From contig CP000066.1 of NCBI GenBank assembly GCA_000002445.1, positions 832,001-896,000 on the forward strand: a DNA stretch of 64,000 bases, in the 5' to 3' direction. A program made the translations under genes and the position numbers. Source of the DNA: Trypanosoma brucei. Taxonomy: Eukaryota. Positions 11,271 through 21,450 of the stretch are shown here, piece after piece (the first letter of the stretch is position 1; each line of letters begins with the position of its first letter). The notes under the pieces were generated by a model. It saw only the letters and a list, made by a program, of their open reading frames with translations, was not told where the DNA came from and made no database searches.

Positions 11271-12605
11271 TTATCCCTCCTGCCCAAACTCTTCAGTGAA
11301 TTTAACATGCTGAGTAATGTCTTCACTCGATACGGAAGGACGGGCTGTGCGCAGTGCCTTGATAAAGTCCTGCATGGTCACTGGAAGCGGCATCAGTTTC
11401 TCAGACTCCGTAATATCATTCATTGTCATGGGAATGGCATTGGGGTCACCCGGCGAGCACGGCACAAGCCGATCGTTGACGGTCCGCGTTGGATCCTTCG
11501 GGTCCGGTCCCGTTACACGTTTGAAGTGAGTCGCTAACTGCACTGACCGAACGCACTCCATCATGGCATTCCGCACGACGATGCTGATATCACTGCCCGA
11601 GTACATTTCTGTCATTTTTGCCAAAGCGTTGCAGTCCTCATCCGTGAGGGAATGCTGAGTGTCACCGAGATGAATCTTAATCATTTGACATCGGGCATGG
11701 GCTTGCGGAAGCGGTATGTATATACGGCGCTCGAAGCGTCGCCGTACCGCACTGTCAAGGGCCCATGGTATATTCGTTGCGCCCAGCACTAAGACACCTT
11801 CGTCGTCGTGGCCTACTCCTTGCATCTGTACAAGGAATTCCGTTTTGATACGACGGGAGGCGTCATTCTCACCATCAGACCTCGCTGAGCAAAGAGAGTC
11901 AATCTCATCAATAAAAATAATAGCGGGTTTCCCCCCCTCCCTGTACGCCTCACGGGCCTTCTCGAAGAGGTTCCGCACCAATTTTTCCGAATCACCCAGC
12001 CAGCGGGACATCAAATCTGCACTACTAACGCTCAAGAATGTGCCGTCTGCTTCTGTCGCCACAGCCTTTGCAAGATACGACTTCCCTGTACCTGGTGGAC
12101 CATACAATAAAATTCCCTTCCATGGTTTTCTGTTTCCAGTGAACAGTTGTGGGAAACGAACGGGGAGAATAACAGCCTCTTTCAAAGCCTCCTTTGCAGC
12201 CTCCAACCCTGCAATCTGAGACCACTGTACGTTGGGCTTCACACGGATAATCGCATTATCTAACCCACTTTTCAGCCGCTTATCGTCTTCTTCATCCTCC
12301 TTGGCCTTCTTCGCGGATGAAGCTGTCTTCTGCCCCACAGCACTGGAAGCTTGACCGCCACTACGGTTTGCATCGCAGTTTTCGAGGTATTCTTTGATCT
12401 TTTCTGCCCGCTCCGTTATCTCCATCGTTTTCTTTCTTAGCAAATCCCTCTTTGTCACGTTCTTGGTCTCGTACTTAATGGCAGTAATAAAAACCTCAAT
12501 CGCCTCCATGTACCAGTGGTATGCTTCCCTGTACTCCCCCTGCTCATCGTGCCTGGCAGCTTTCTTGAATAATTCCACTGCCTTGGACGTGAAATCAACG
12601 GACAT
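11271..12605 (-). CDS. VPS4: vacuolar protein sorting-associated protein 4 (MIT domain plus AAA ATPase)
   Basis: An N-terminal MIT-like helix (AVELFKKAARHDEQGEYREAYHWYMEAIE), Walker A GPPGTGKSYLAKA, Walker B IIFIDEIDS, and a C-terminal Vps4 oligomerisation region. Confidence 0.85.
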   Translation of the reverse strand: MSVDFTSKAVELFKKAARHDEQGEYREAYHWYMEAIEVFITAIKYETKNVTKRDLLRKKTMEITERAEKIKEYLENCDANRSGGQASSAVGQKTASSAKKAKEDEEDDKRLKSGLDNAIIRVKPNVQWSQIAGLEAAKEALKEAVILPVRFPQLFTGNRKPWKGILLYGPPGTGKSYLAKAVATEADGTFLSVSSADLMSRWLGDSEKLVRNLFEKAREAYREGGKPAIIFIDEIDSLCSARSDGENDASRRIKTEFLVQMQGVGHDDEGVLVLGATNIPWALDSAVRRRFERRIYIPLPQAHARCQMIKIHLGDTQHSLTDEDCNALAKMTEMYSGSDISIVVRNAMMECVRSVQLATHFKRVTGPDPKDPTRTVNDRLVPCSPGDPNAIPMTMNDITESEKLMPLPVTMQDFIKALRTARPSVSSEDITQHVKFTEEFGQEG

Positions 12606-13529
12606 CGAAACCTCTGAACAGAGAAGCTATCAAATACGCGTTTCTCTCGTATCACGGATGTAAAGCTATATCTATAAAATAATGTATACGCCCACACTTG
12701 TACAGATACTTGCACGCACTTGGCTACCGCCGCAAATACACTGGCAACTCCTCTCCGTACGCAATGGGAGCTTCAGCGGTGACTGATGATGATGATGATG
12801 ACGCCACTTACCGTGGAGAAAAGGATACGGAGCCCCTCAAACTCCTGAGGAAGAAAATAAAATAAGCAGTAGCAGCAAGAAACAACGGCAACAAGTTGGC
12901 GCACCCTCACACACGAAAAAAAAAAACAAGTCTTATCTCCACACTTTGGCCTCTTCCTTCGCCTTTACCTCTTCGTCTTTCTGCAACCAAACTTTAAAAA
13001 GCGATGAGGGAAAGGGGAAAATGTCACAATTGATAGAGCTTTGAGTGAAACAGACAAACAAGGACAAACGGTCCTATGCATACCGCACATATGCACACAC
13101 AGTAATATATGTACTGAATGAAATGCTGACGCGCTGAGGAGTAGCAACTCCTTCCTCCCACACGCCCTTCCTCCCACTCAAAAGGAGACGAAAACGACTT
13201 TGCAACTGACAACAACAACAATAACAAAATAAGCCTACAACACACCCCGCCCTACGAAAAAGAAAAAAATACACAAATGTACAGCAATACGCACGTGCGG
13301 ACGAAAAGGCGGTGGGGTAGCAGAGAGCAGGTCAATTATGCGATGGGTGAGCCTGTGCAACAAAAGCCGTACAGACACACACACACGCACGCACGCACGC
13401 ACGTGTGGTTCCCTCTTAAGAAATGGAAAAAAAAACGAAAACTTGTATAAGAAGCAACCCGATGGTATCCAACAGCAGACACACCTAAAAAGAACACGTA
13501 CTTCTACGCAACGAAAACGGAAAAAAAAA

Positions 13530-14948
13530 TCACTTCTTCTTCAGAAGTAAACTTAACATTATGTCGGAAAGCCTCGCTTCCACCTCCGCTGCGGTTGGCC
13601 TTTCCCGAGGATCATGCCGCAACATCGCTACTATCAAGTTAACTAACTCATCCTTGTACTTACGCGGACGCCGACGGATAGCAGTGGAGACTGCCTTTTC
13701 TAGGGAGCTTTTGGTCCAATCGGAGTCACTCAAAACCGACTGAACCCCCTTTTCATTCCGCAACGTTGCAAACTCCGGCAGTGTGGCTAACACAAATATG
13801 AGCACACCGAAACTAAATATATCAGATTTTGGGCTACCAGATGAGTCGCCCATCTCCGGCGCACGGTACTCAAATGTGGGCGATGCTTGACCAAAGAAAA
13901 GTAAATCACTCTCTTCGGCATTATCCCCACCACAAGCATGGCACAAATCAAGATCCATCAAGAGTACCTGCTCCTCATTATTCAACAAAAGGACATTCTC
14001 AGGCTTGATATCACAATGAGCTATGGGAGGCGACTGATTGTGAAGGTATTTCAGGGCCTTCGCTATCTGAAGCGCAATGGAGCACAGTTTCTCCTCGGAC
14101 ACAGGTGCCTCCTGACGTCTAATGAACTTGGAAAGATCACCCTCGGAATAGTAACGCATAACAACACTGATCTTCAGCGGGTTTTCGGAACCCATCACAT
14201 CCAAGTACTCTATTACATGCCGATGTGAAAGTTTCTGCATGGTGGCTGCTTGGCGTAATCGCGCCTCGTAAACTGGTCGATTGCACTCTGCAAAACGCAT
14301 CTCCTTTAGCACGACAACTTCCCCATCCTTCGCTCGGCACTTGTATACCACGCCTTGGCCCCCTTCGCCTAGCTTTACATGATCATATAGTGTACTGTAT
14401 TTAGATTTCCTTTGTCCCGCCACGGAAGCAATGATTACCTTGAGTTGATCAGTCAGTTGAGTACGAACACACCTATTTTTAAGCAATCGCACGGGTGATG
14501 GGCAACATGCGAAACACTTCACCACACCGCACTCGAAGGAAAGCGGAAGACAGTGGCTACACAGAGTGTCCGCACAAATTTCACAGTAGTGTGCATCATT
14601 CACATTCGTTATGACCCCATCACAGCGGCTACATGCGTTCATCACTTCTGCAGGCGCTTGACAACTTGTGCAAATCACGAAGTGCGGGCGGTGCGTATAC
14701 ACCGTACGAACACATTGCCTACACACTTTCCTCCCACATGCAATACAAAGGTGTGTTGTTTCATTCATAAGTGGGCATGTGGGGCACAGTTTATCAGATG
14801 ATTCCACTGACTGTGCGCACTTACGGCATTGCCCGGCAGCGCTCACACAACATCTACAGAACTGACGCATGCAATCGCTGCAGCTGGCTAATGCCAGATT
14901 CGACGCGCCACATTCCCCGCACGCGGCGCTCTCCATTGTCGTGAACAT
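13530..14948 (-). CDS. serine/threonine protein kinase with an N-terminal cysteine-rich (multi-CxxC) domain
   Basis: Gly loop LGEGGQGVV, VVLKE lysine, catalytic loop HCDIKPENVLL, and YRAPE. The N-terminal roughly 170 aa hold at least 11 CxxC pairs. The ORF extends to 15206, but its first 86 aa look like spurious extension, so the start is placed at MFTTMES (14948). Confidence 0.75.
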   Translation of the reverse strand: MFTTMESAACGECGASNLALASCSDCMRQFCRCCVSAAGQCRKCAQSVESSDKLCPTCPLMNETTHLCIACGRKVCRQCVRTVYTHRPHFVICTSCQAPAEVMNACSRCDGVITNVNDAHYCEICADTLCSHCLPLSFECGVVKCFACCPSPVRLLKNRCVRTQLTDQLKVIIASVAGQRKSKYSTLYDHVKLGEGGQGVVYKCRAKDGEVVVLKEMRFAECNRPVYEARLRQAATMQKLSHRHVIEYLDVMGSENPLKISVVMRYYSEGDLSKFIRRQEAPVSEEKLCSIALQIAKALKYLHNQSPPIAHCDIKPENVLLLNNEEQVLLMDLDLCHACGGDNAEESDLLFFGQASPTFEYRAPEMGDSSGSPKSDIFSFGVLIFVLATLPEFATLRNEKGVQSVLSDSDWTKSSLEKAVSTAIRRRPRKYKDELVNLIVAMLRHDPRERPTAAEVEARLSDIMLSLLLKKK

Positions 14949-16038
14949 CGTCGTCGTCAATATTATTATCGCAAAAAAGAGGGAAAAAAATTGGCTACAC
15001 CTTTCCTTTCCGCCCTCTCCCTTTCCTCCACCCCTTAGTTGATGGTGCGCTGTTCGAGCTCCTTTAATGACACAACGGCTCTTTTCGGGGGGTATCCCTA
15101 CGCAAGACAAAAATAAGTAAATAAACGTCAGTGGAGAGAAAAAGAGAAAGTGACCTGTACAAGGAAAAGATAAAGGAAATAAAACACTGCGTGCATGCAC
15201 ACACAAATACCAACAACAAGGTGGAAGGGAAGCCAGTAGACCTCAGTCTCCTCCCACACTTTAACATATGGGGAATAACAAATGTGAAAAGGTGGGGAGG
15301 AGGAGTGTACCCCTTTATTGTATGTGCTGCATGCGGGCGGACGGTGCAGAAACGCATCAGCTTTGGGGAAACACAAATAATAATTAGAAGCACCTTAACA
15401 CAAAGGATGTGGCAATCAAATCGAAAGCAAGAGGTGTGGCGGCTCCACCCACTATCAGTAGAGGGGGAAAACACAGATGATCACCACACAGAATAAAGAA
15501 GTTATAACCATTTTAAAGGTAATTGTTCTCTGCCGCTTTTTCCCCTTCTTCTCCCCAGCCCTCCTACTTTTACCGTTGATATGCCCTTCGCTGGACTAAA
15601 CATACTCGTTGTCCCAATACCATCTTTCACAAGAAAGAAAAAGAAAAAAGCGAAATCTAAACATTTGTACATGACATGAAAAATATAAGTACCCCTCTGT
15701 CCATATTTCCTCCATATTTTCTTCTCTGTTTCTTTTCTTTTTTGTTAATTCTGTTCTTTTAAAAGAAAATGCATGCTACTACATATCATGTGCATGAAAT
15801 ATACATATTTCCATTCCTTCAGCTACATATCTCACCACCAAGTATAAAACCAGTGAAGCATTCTAACAAACTCCTCTAAGGTATCTCACCTTCGCTATTT
15901 TTCTTTTCTTTTTTTCTTCCCTTCTGACTGACTCCTTTTCTTTCTTGTGCCCTATTCCCCACTCAAAGGAAGGGGATGGAAAGGGGCGAGTAGAAGAATC
16001 AGATTCCAAACAAAAATAACGAAAAAAAAATGGTGACA

Positions 16039-18486
16039 CTAAGAACGCTGACGGTGCGCCTTCACCGGCTTCGATGTGCCCCTCTTGACTTTCTTTGCGT
16101 CGTAGTTTTGACGCATGAGTTCCACTATCTCAGGTTGGAAATTACAAGAGCTCTCAAACTGGCGCCTCCGATGCAATGCGTGAGCCTCCTCCAACTCATA
16201 TGGCGTCAAGTACAACCGCTTGTGGAAGGGTCCGTCACGCTCCAACGCTCTCGCGCGTGGGGAAATCTCTGGCCGGAATGAGGGGTCGTACTTTTCGTAC
16301 GGTGGGGGTTGGTGGGGCTCTAATAAGCGCTGGGAAACGGACACCGCACGGCGCGGTGAGGTTCGAGGCGGGGCTGATTTGGGTTCTTCCTCCTTCTGTT
16401 TGCGTGCCCGCTGCTCCTTAGAAGGATGAAGCCGATCGTAGAAGGGTTTGCTGCATTCTACACCCTTCGCACGAGGCGTGATCATTGGACGGAACGAAGG
16501 CAAACTCTCCGGTGGCGGCGGCTCCCGGCGGGCCAATAGGCGCGGAGAAATACTGATTGGCCGAGAAGTCGAAACACGAGGAGTAGGCACAGGTTTGGGT
16601 TCCTCGGGGCGCTTCCGGGCCAGTTCTTCCTTGGATGGATGGAGACGATCGTAGAAAGGCGCTTCGACCTCTAAAGCCCTTGCACGCTTTGATATGTGGG
16701 GACGGAACAACTCAAAACTGCTGTTGTTCACAAACTCCTGCAAACGCGGAGAGAGTGCCGGTGCCTCGTAGTCCTCACCATCTGCATTCTTGTTCCGTTG
16801 AACACTAGGTCTGGCTGAATACAGCCGTTCGTGACACGGAACATCTGAGCGAGGCAGCGCCTGCGCAAACTTGGAAATGGTGGGTTTGTAAGTGTGTTCT
16901 TTCCGATAATCCTCACCCCTTTTCGAGCGTCGGCGCTCAGGTAAACGATCGTTAGAGGCGCCCCTCGGGCTATAGCCGTAGCGATTGCCGTCAATTGTGG
17001 AATGGTACCTCCGCTGTGGTAACCGGTCATGGCCCCCCAACCTCGCGCTTCTTTCTGGGCTAACGGAATATCTTCTACCCATGCCAGCGGTGTGCAGCCA
17101 GTCGTCGCTGTTGCTCCCTTCCTCCGCCTGGCGCTCAGAAATACCCTTTTGATGCATATCGATTATCAACCTACGATGATAGGCTGGGATATTGAGCCTC
17201 TGGAGGGCTCTCCCGGTCCTTTCAATTTGTCGCCCACCTCCGCGTCGCACGCTCCGCTTCCTCCGAGAAGCTGTTTTGGGATCGGTGTTGAGAGAAACAC
17301 ATGATTTGAACAATGAAGACTCGCTGCTGTAACATCTCCGCGCTGTATATCCTTTGTGGACTCCCCCGGATTCGCGTATGTGTCTACCGACATTCTGTAG
17401 GGTAAGTGGGGAAATTTGCGGGGAGTTTTCCTTATCGTCAGCCTCAGTGCGGTACTCATTCACAAGCTTTCGTTTCCTTTTGGTGTAGATTCCAGAAATG
17501 TCGCCGACCACAACTCTGCCATCACCCCTGTTGGTATGGAACACTTTGTGCACACTAGGAACAGGTATGTCAACGACAACCGGCATTTGCTGACCGTCAG
17601 CACCCTCAGAAACATTTTCGCCATTCTTGTTGCCTTTTGAGCCCTCCCCATGACGGCTCGCCATCTTTCTAGGACTTCGGCTCAATTTTGCAGGTGAAGA
17701 ACCCGGCTGTGGGGATAGTCCATCTCCTCCAGAAACTGATACGATGTCGTGCAGTGAACCGGCGCCGATTCCGCATTTTTCTGCCTTCTTCATGAGGGAA
17801 ATCTCTTCCTCCAAATCGGTACGCTTTGACCGCGACTTCTTTTGAGTACCGTGCCGCTTCTCCCGTGTCTTCGAAGGCTTAGCTTCTGCTCCATCACCCG
17901 CCTGCGAGGTGCTCTTGCCATTAGGATCAACTTCGCGACTCGCTGGACTTACAGCAGCCGGACTTGGCTTCACAGACGACCGCTTCGACCGCACGGCTGC
18001 CGGGTCGAGGGGGGGAGCAACGCCTGGATTGGGCGCACTCTTTTCAGCCGCAGCACCCTGCTCTTGCTCACTCTTAGATGCACCCTCCCTCGGTGTCAGC
18101 TCCTTGGACACCTTACTACTCCCCGCTGCAGCGTTTGCATTTGCGTCTCCCCCTTCAGTTGCCTCCCGAGCTGATTCATCAGTCTTGCTTGCCGCATGAG
18201 TCAGTGTAGTAGATTCCGAAGATATCTTCTTGAAGGTTTTTTCCCCTTCCCCTTCCTTCCCTCCAGGGGATGTGCCTGAGCCATCCGCAGCGGCCTCACC
18301 TTCTTTAGGTGCTGCCTCTTCTCCCGCGCTGACACCAGCGGGGGCTGCCGCTTCTCCCGGGGCTGAGTTACCTTCCATTGCTGCTCCTTCTGCAGCAGCC
18401 GCGGCGTCTGGCCGCACAGCAAGCGGCGCCTCAGTACTGCTGTCGCTGTCAGAACCGACAGTTAAGTTGTTGAGGGTGGCCATCAC
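16039..18486 (-). CDS. hypothetical low-complexity protein (Ala/Ser/Pro/Arg-rich) with three C-terminal repeats of about 70 aa
   Basis: An 815-aa ORF. The unit FYDRLHPSKE(E/Q)xARK...P...SFRP.I(T/S)PRA recurs three times near the C-terminus, and the matching DNA repeats lie at about 16.1-16.7 kb. Confidence 0.55.
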   Translation of the reverse strand: MMATLNNLTVGSDSDSSTEAPLAVRPDAAAAAEGAAMEGNSAPGEAAAPAGVSAGEEAAPKEGEAAADGSGTSPGGKEGEGEKTFKKISSESTTLTHAASKTDESAREATEGGDANANAAAGSSKVSKELTPREGASKSEQEQGAAAEKSAPNPGVAPPLDPAAVRSKRSSVKPSPAAVSPASREVDPNGKSTSQAGDGAEAKPSKTREKRHGTQKKSRSKRTDLEEEISLMKKAEKCGIGAGSLHDIVSVSGGDGLSPQPGSSPAKLSRSPRKMASRHGEGSKGNKNGENVSEGADGQQMPVVVDIPVPSVHKVFHTNRGDGRVVVGDISGIYTKRKRKLVNEYRTEADDKENSPQISPLTLQNVGRHIRESGGVHKGYTARRCYSSESSLFKSCVSLNTDPKTASRRKRSVRRGGGRQIERTGRALQRLNIPAYHRRLIIDMHQKGISERQAEEGSNSDDWLHTAGMGRRYSVSPERSARLGGHDRLPQRRYHSTIDGNRYGYSPRGASNDRLPERRRSKRGEDYRKEHTYKPTISKFAQALPRSDVPCHERLYSARPSVQRNKNADGEDYEAPALSPRLQEFVNNSSFELFRPHISKRARALEVEAPFYDRLHPSKEELARKRPEEPKPVPTPRVSTSRPISISPRLLARREPPPPESLPSFRPMITPRAKGVECSKPFYDRLHPSKEQRARKQKEEEPKSAPPRTSPRRAVSVSQRLLEPHQPPPYEKYDPSFRPEISPRARALERDGPFHKRLYLTPYELEEAHALHRRRQFESSCNFQPEIVELMRQNYDAKKVKRGTSKPVKAHRQRS

Positions 18487-18897
18487 TAAAGTGCCGGTGT
18501 AACTTCCCTCTCTTTACTGTTTATTTCGTCCCTTTTACCCCCACCTTTGGACCTGTTAACTTTATCTTCTTCTCCCAACAAGCTATGCAAAGTATGCGCC
18601 AGGAGACCCACACCCAAAACCTTCACTTGGAAGCTATTGTTGTTTTGGAACAATGATATTTGTTAGACTTCCTTAGTTTGCGTATATATATATATGTGTG
18701 TGTGTGTATTATTGTTTGAATTTTTCGTGAAGAAGGAGCGGGAACATAAAGCAGGCGGTGTACGGTCCCTCAGAGAGTAAATAAAACAACAGAAGATCAG
18801 GTGGCGCATCCAAAGGCACTGGGGACGGGAAAAAGAACCCGAGAAAGAGACTATTTTCACTTAGAAAAATAAAGGAAAGGAACATGAGTTTTCTGCC

Positions 18898-19554
18898 TTA
18901 CTTCTTCTCGTTCTCCTTCGCCTCCTTGCGAGCGGCACGGCGGTTGCGGGCCCTGAAGAAGCGAACAGCGCTGTGGTTCTTCTTGAGGAATTTGTACATT
19001 TTCTTGGTGGATTCCTCCTCCGTTACCTTGCGTGGGGCCTCCCGTGCGGGGGTAACCAAACCTCCAACAGCAGCTGTGCCATACCGAGAGCGGTCCTGAG
19101 TTGCAGCTTTCACCTCCTCTTCAGTTGCATCTCCCTTCTGTGGCTTCTTGCGGTTCAGGGGGAACAGCACCAACTTGCTCATATATGTCTTCAGGCGTTG
19201 CACGTTAATATTCATACCCTCCTCGCTTTTATTCTTTCGGCGACGGTCAACACGAATGCCAATCGTCCTCGCATAGCGGGGTTTCACACCAGCAGCCTTC
19301 AGCTCCTCCAACGAGAAGCCACGTCCCAAGCGCCTCTTCATGTTGTAGCGAACTGTAGGGCAATTCACCTGCGGGCGAAGTGCCTTAAGCGGACGCGGGA
19401 AGATCTTCTTCGCCTTCAACAAACGCAAGCGGCGACGGCGCTGCTTCTGCGCAGGCTGATTGAAGAACACCTTAACGTTACCCTTCTGCGAGGAGCAGGG
19501 GTTCCAGTGCTTCCTCTGGTGCACATGGGGAATCGCGTTGTTTCCCTTCGGCAT
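18898..19554 (-). CDS. RPL13: 60S ribosomal protein L13 (eL13), copy 1
   Basis: MPKGNNAIPHVHQRKHWNPC...RPQVNCPTVRYNMKRRLGRGFSLEELKAAG is the characteristic eL13 signature. The start is placed at the conserved MPKGNN rather than at the ORF-track Met. Confidence 0.9.
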   Translation of the reverse strand: MPKGNNAIPHVHQRKHWNPCSSQKGNVKVFFNQPAQKQRRRRLRLLKAKKIFPRPLKALRPQVNCPTVRYNMKRRLGRGFSLEELKAAGVKPRYARTIGIRVDRRRKNKSEEGMNINVQRLKTYMSKLVLFPLNRKKPQKGDATEEEVKAATQDRSRYGTAAVGGLVTPAREAPRKVTEEESTKKMYKFLKKNHSAVRFFRARNRRAARKEAKENEKK

Positions 19555-19800
19555 TGGCGCTAAAACTCTTACGGCAATGAAAAGCATTAGGGTAAATACG
19601 GCCACGACAAGAGAATAACGGACGGGCGTGCGGTCAACAGCTTCCTGACCACCAAAAAAGCAAAAAAAAACAATTTACAGGAAAGTAATGCGTCTAAACA
19701 TCCCCTTTCGGATATTGCATAGAGCAAAAAAAATAAGAAAGTAGTGGTTTCGGAGAACATGCAAATGCCGCCGACGTGAACCTAAAAGAAAAAAACAAAT

Positions 19801-20457
19801 TTACTTCTTCTCGTTCTCCTTCGCCTCCTTGCGAGCGGCACGGCGGTTGCGGGCCCTGAAGAAGCGAACAGCGCTGTGGTTCTTCTTGAGGAATTTGTAC
19901 ATTTTCTTGGTGGATTCCTCCTCCGTTACCTTGCGTGGGGCCTCCCGTGCGGGGGTAACCAAACCTCCAACAGCAGCTGTGCCATACCGAGAGCGGTCCT
20001 GAGTTGCAGCTTTCACCTCCTCTTCAGTTGCATCTCCCTTCTGTGGCTTCTTGCGGTTCAGGGGGAACAGCACCAACTTGCTCATATATGTCTTCAGGCG
20101 TTGCACGTTAATATTCATACCCTCCTCGCTTTTATTCTTTCGGCGACGGTCAACACGAATGCCAATCGTCCTCGCATAGCGGGGTTTCACACCAGCAGCC
20201 TTCAGCTCCTCCAACGAGAAGCCACGTCCCAAGCGCCTCTTCATGTTGTAGCGAACTGTAGGGCAATTCACCTGCGGGCGAAGTGCCTTAAGCGGACGCG
20301 GGAAGATCTTCTTCGCCTTCAACAAACGCAAGCGGCGACGGCGCTGCTTCTGCGCAGGCTGATTGAAGAACACCTTAACGTTACCCTTCTGCGAGGAGCA
20401 GGGGTTCCAGTGCTTCCTCTGGTGCACATGGGGAATCGCGTTGTTTCCCTTCGGCAT
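19801..20457 (-). CDS. RPL13: 60S ribosomal protein L13 (eL13), copy 2
   Basis: The coding sequence is identical to copy 1, but the 5' flank differs (MDIIYARIGSRST in the ORF-track extension, against MAVFTL... for copy 1). Confidence 0.9.
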   Translation of the reverse strand: MPKGNNAIPHVHQRKHWNPCSSQKGNVKVFFNQPAQKQRRRRLRLLKAKKIFPRPLKALRPQVNCPTVRYNMKRRLGRGFSLEELKAAGVKPRYARTIGIRVDRRRKNKSEEGMNINVQRLKTYMSKLVLFPLNRKKPQKGDATEEEVKAATQDRSRYGTAAVGGLVTPAREAPRKVTEEESTKKMYKFLKKNHSAVRFFRARNRRAARKEAKENEKK

Positions 20458-21024
20458 GGTGCTCCTACTACCAATCCTTGCGTAAATAATATCCAATCAA
20501 AGATCAGGTTAAACACAAAGACACGGGAAAGAAAGATAAGACAAAGCCACACAAAGAATAAAAACAGAACGCCACAACGATTTTTCTGCCTCCCATGCGA
20601 GAGTCACTTTGATCCGCCGCAACGAAAATTAGTTCTTACCTCCGCAGAACAAAGAAATAAATAAACCGTTCACTTGAGTAGTTCGTTTTCCCTCCGTTTT
20701 ATGAGAGCCATACCCAACTACAGCCCTGCGACAACGATGGCACGAATAATAAAATTGGCAATAATGATAAGAGTAATAATGACGGAAATAAACCTTGCGA
20801 TGACTAAGTAGATAGTAACAACTCAACTTAAAAGCACAGCCTGAATACGCCAGCGGTGCACAATGGTGCTTCAACAAAAAAGAAAAAGTGGAAAAGGCGA
20901 CGAGGGTGGAAGCGAACAAAGTTATGGACAAAGCTCCTCCCCGCTCCTCCCTCACCAAAAAAAAAAAGAAAAAACATGGATGACGCAGGGGTTTTTCAGT
21001 AGCAACCGCTGCCGTTGTTGGAAA

Positions 21025-21450
21025 TTACTGAATCGTTACGGATGTTGCAGCGCTGCTCGCAGGGGAGTTATTTTTCTTCAACTCCACCACAAGAACAGAA
21101 TCCCTTAGCCTCGCCTTCACGCTTTCCTCGACAATAGGCGATGGCAAATTCATACAACGCTCAAACCGACCGTAGCCACGCTCCAGAAACACGGCAAGGT
21201 GTTGCTCATCATCTTTAAGTAATGACTTGCGATTGCCGCTGATGCATAACCGATTGTCCTCAATCCCCACTTGAATGTCCTCGCGATTCATGCCGGGGAG
21301 ATCCACCAGGAGTTTATACCCTTCAGGTTTCTCCACAAGGTCCATAGCGGGCGACCATGACCCACGGGAAAAAGAGCTGAATGAACCAGCACCTGTGAGA
21401 GGCAGAACGCGGTTAAATATGCGGTCAATATCACGAAAAGGGTCCCACAT
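21025..21450 (-). CDS. small heat-shock protein (HSP20, alpha-crystallin domain)
   Basis: A 141-aa protein. The MDLVEKPEGYKLLVDLPGMNREDIQV...ERGYGRFERCMNLP...LVVEL segment fits the alpha-crystallin domain fold motifs. Confidence 0.8.
   Translation of the reverse strand: MWDPFRDIDRIFNRVLPLTGAGSFSSFSRGSWSPAMDLVEKPEGYKLLVDLPGMNREDIQVGIEDNRLCISGNRKSLLKDDEQHLAVFLERGYGRFERCMNLPSPIVEESVKARLRDSVLVVELKKNNSPASSAATSVTIQ

Larger units (their letters stand above)
18898..20463. repeat. tandem duplication (903-bp period) carrying two identical RPL13 coding sequences
   Basis: 18898-19560 is identical to 19801-20463. The identity stops immediately upstream of each ATG. Confidence 0.85.

Noticed and set aside
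12775-12850. C/D-box snoRNA-like arrangement (ctgatgatgatgatgatga ... ctga)
   Set aside because: The TGATGA is a (TGA)n microsatellite on the plus strand, opposite to the transcription direction. No D'/C' boxes or guide complementarity could be established.
19876-20664. 262-aa plus-strand ORF (and its twin at 18973..19563)
   Set aside because: It is antisense to the RPL13 copies, and it is duplicated only because the underlying DNA is duplicated.
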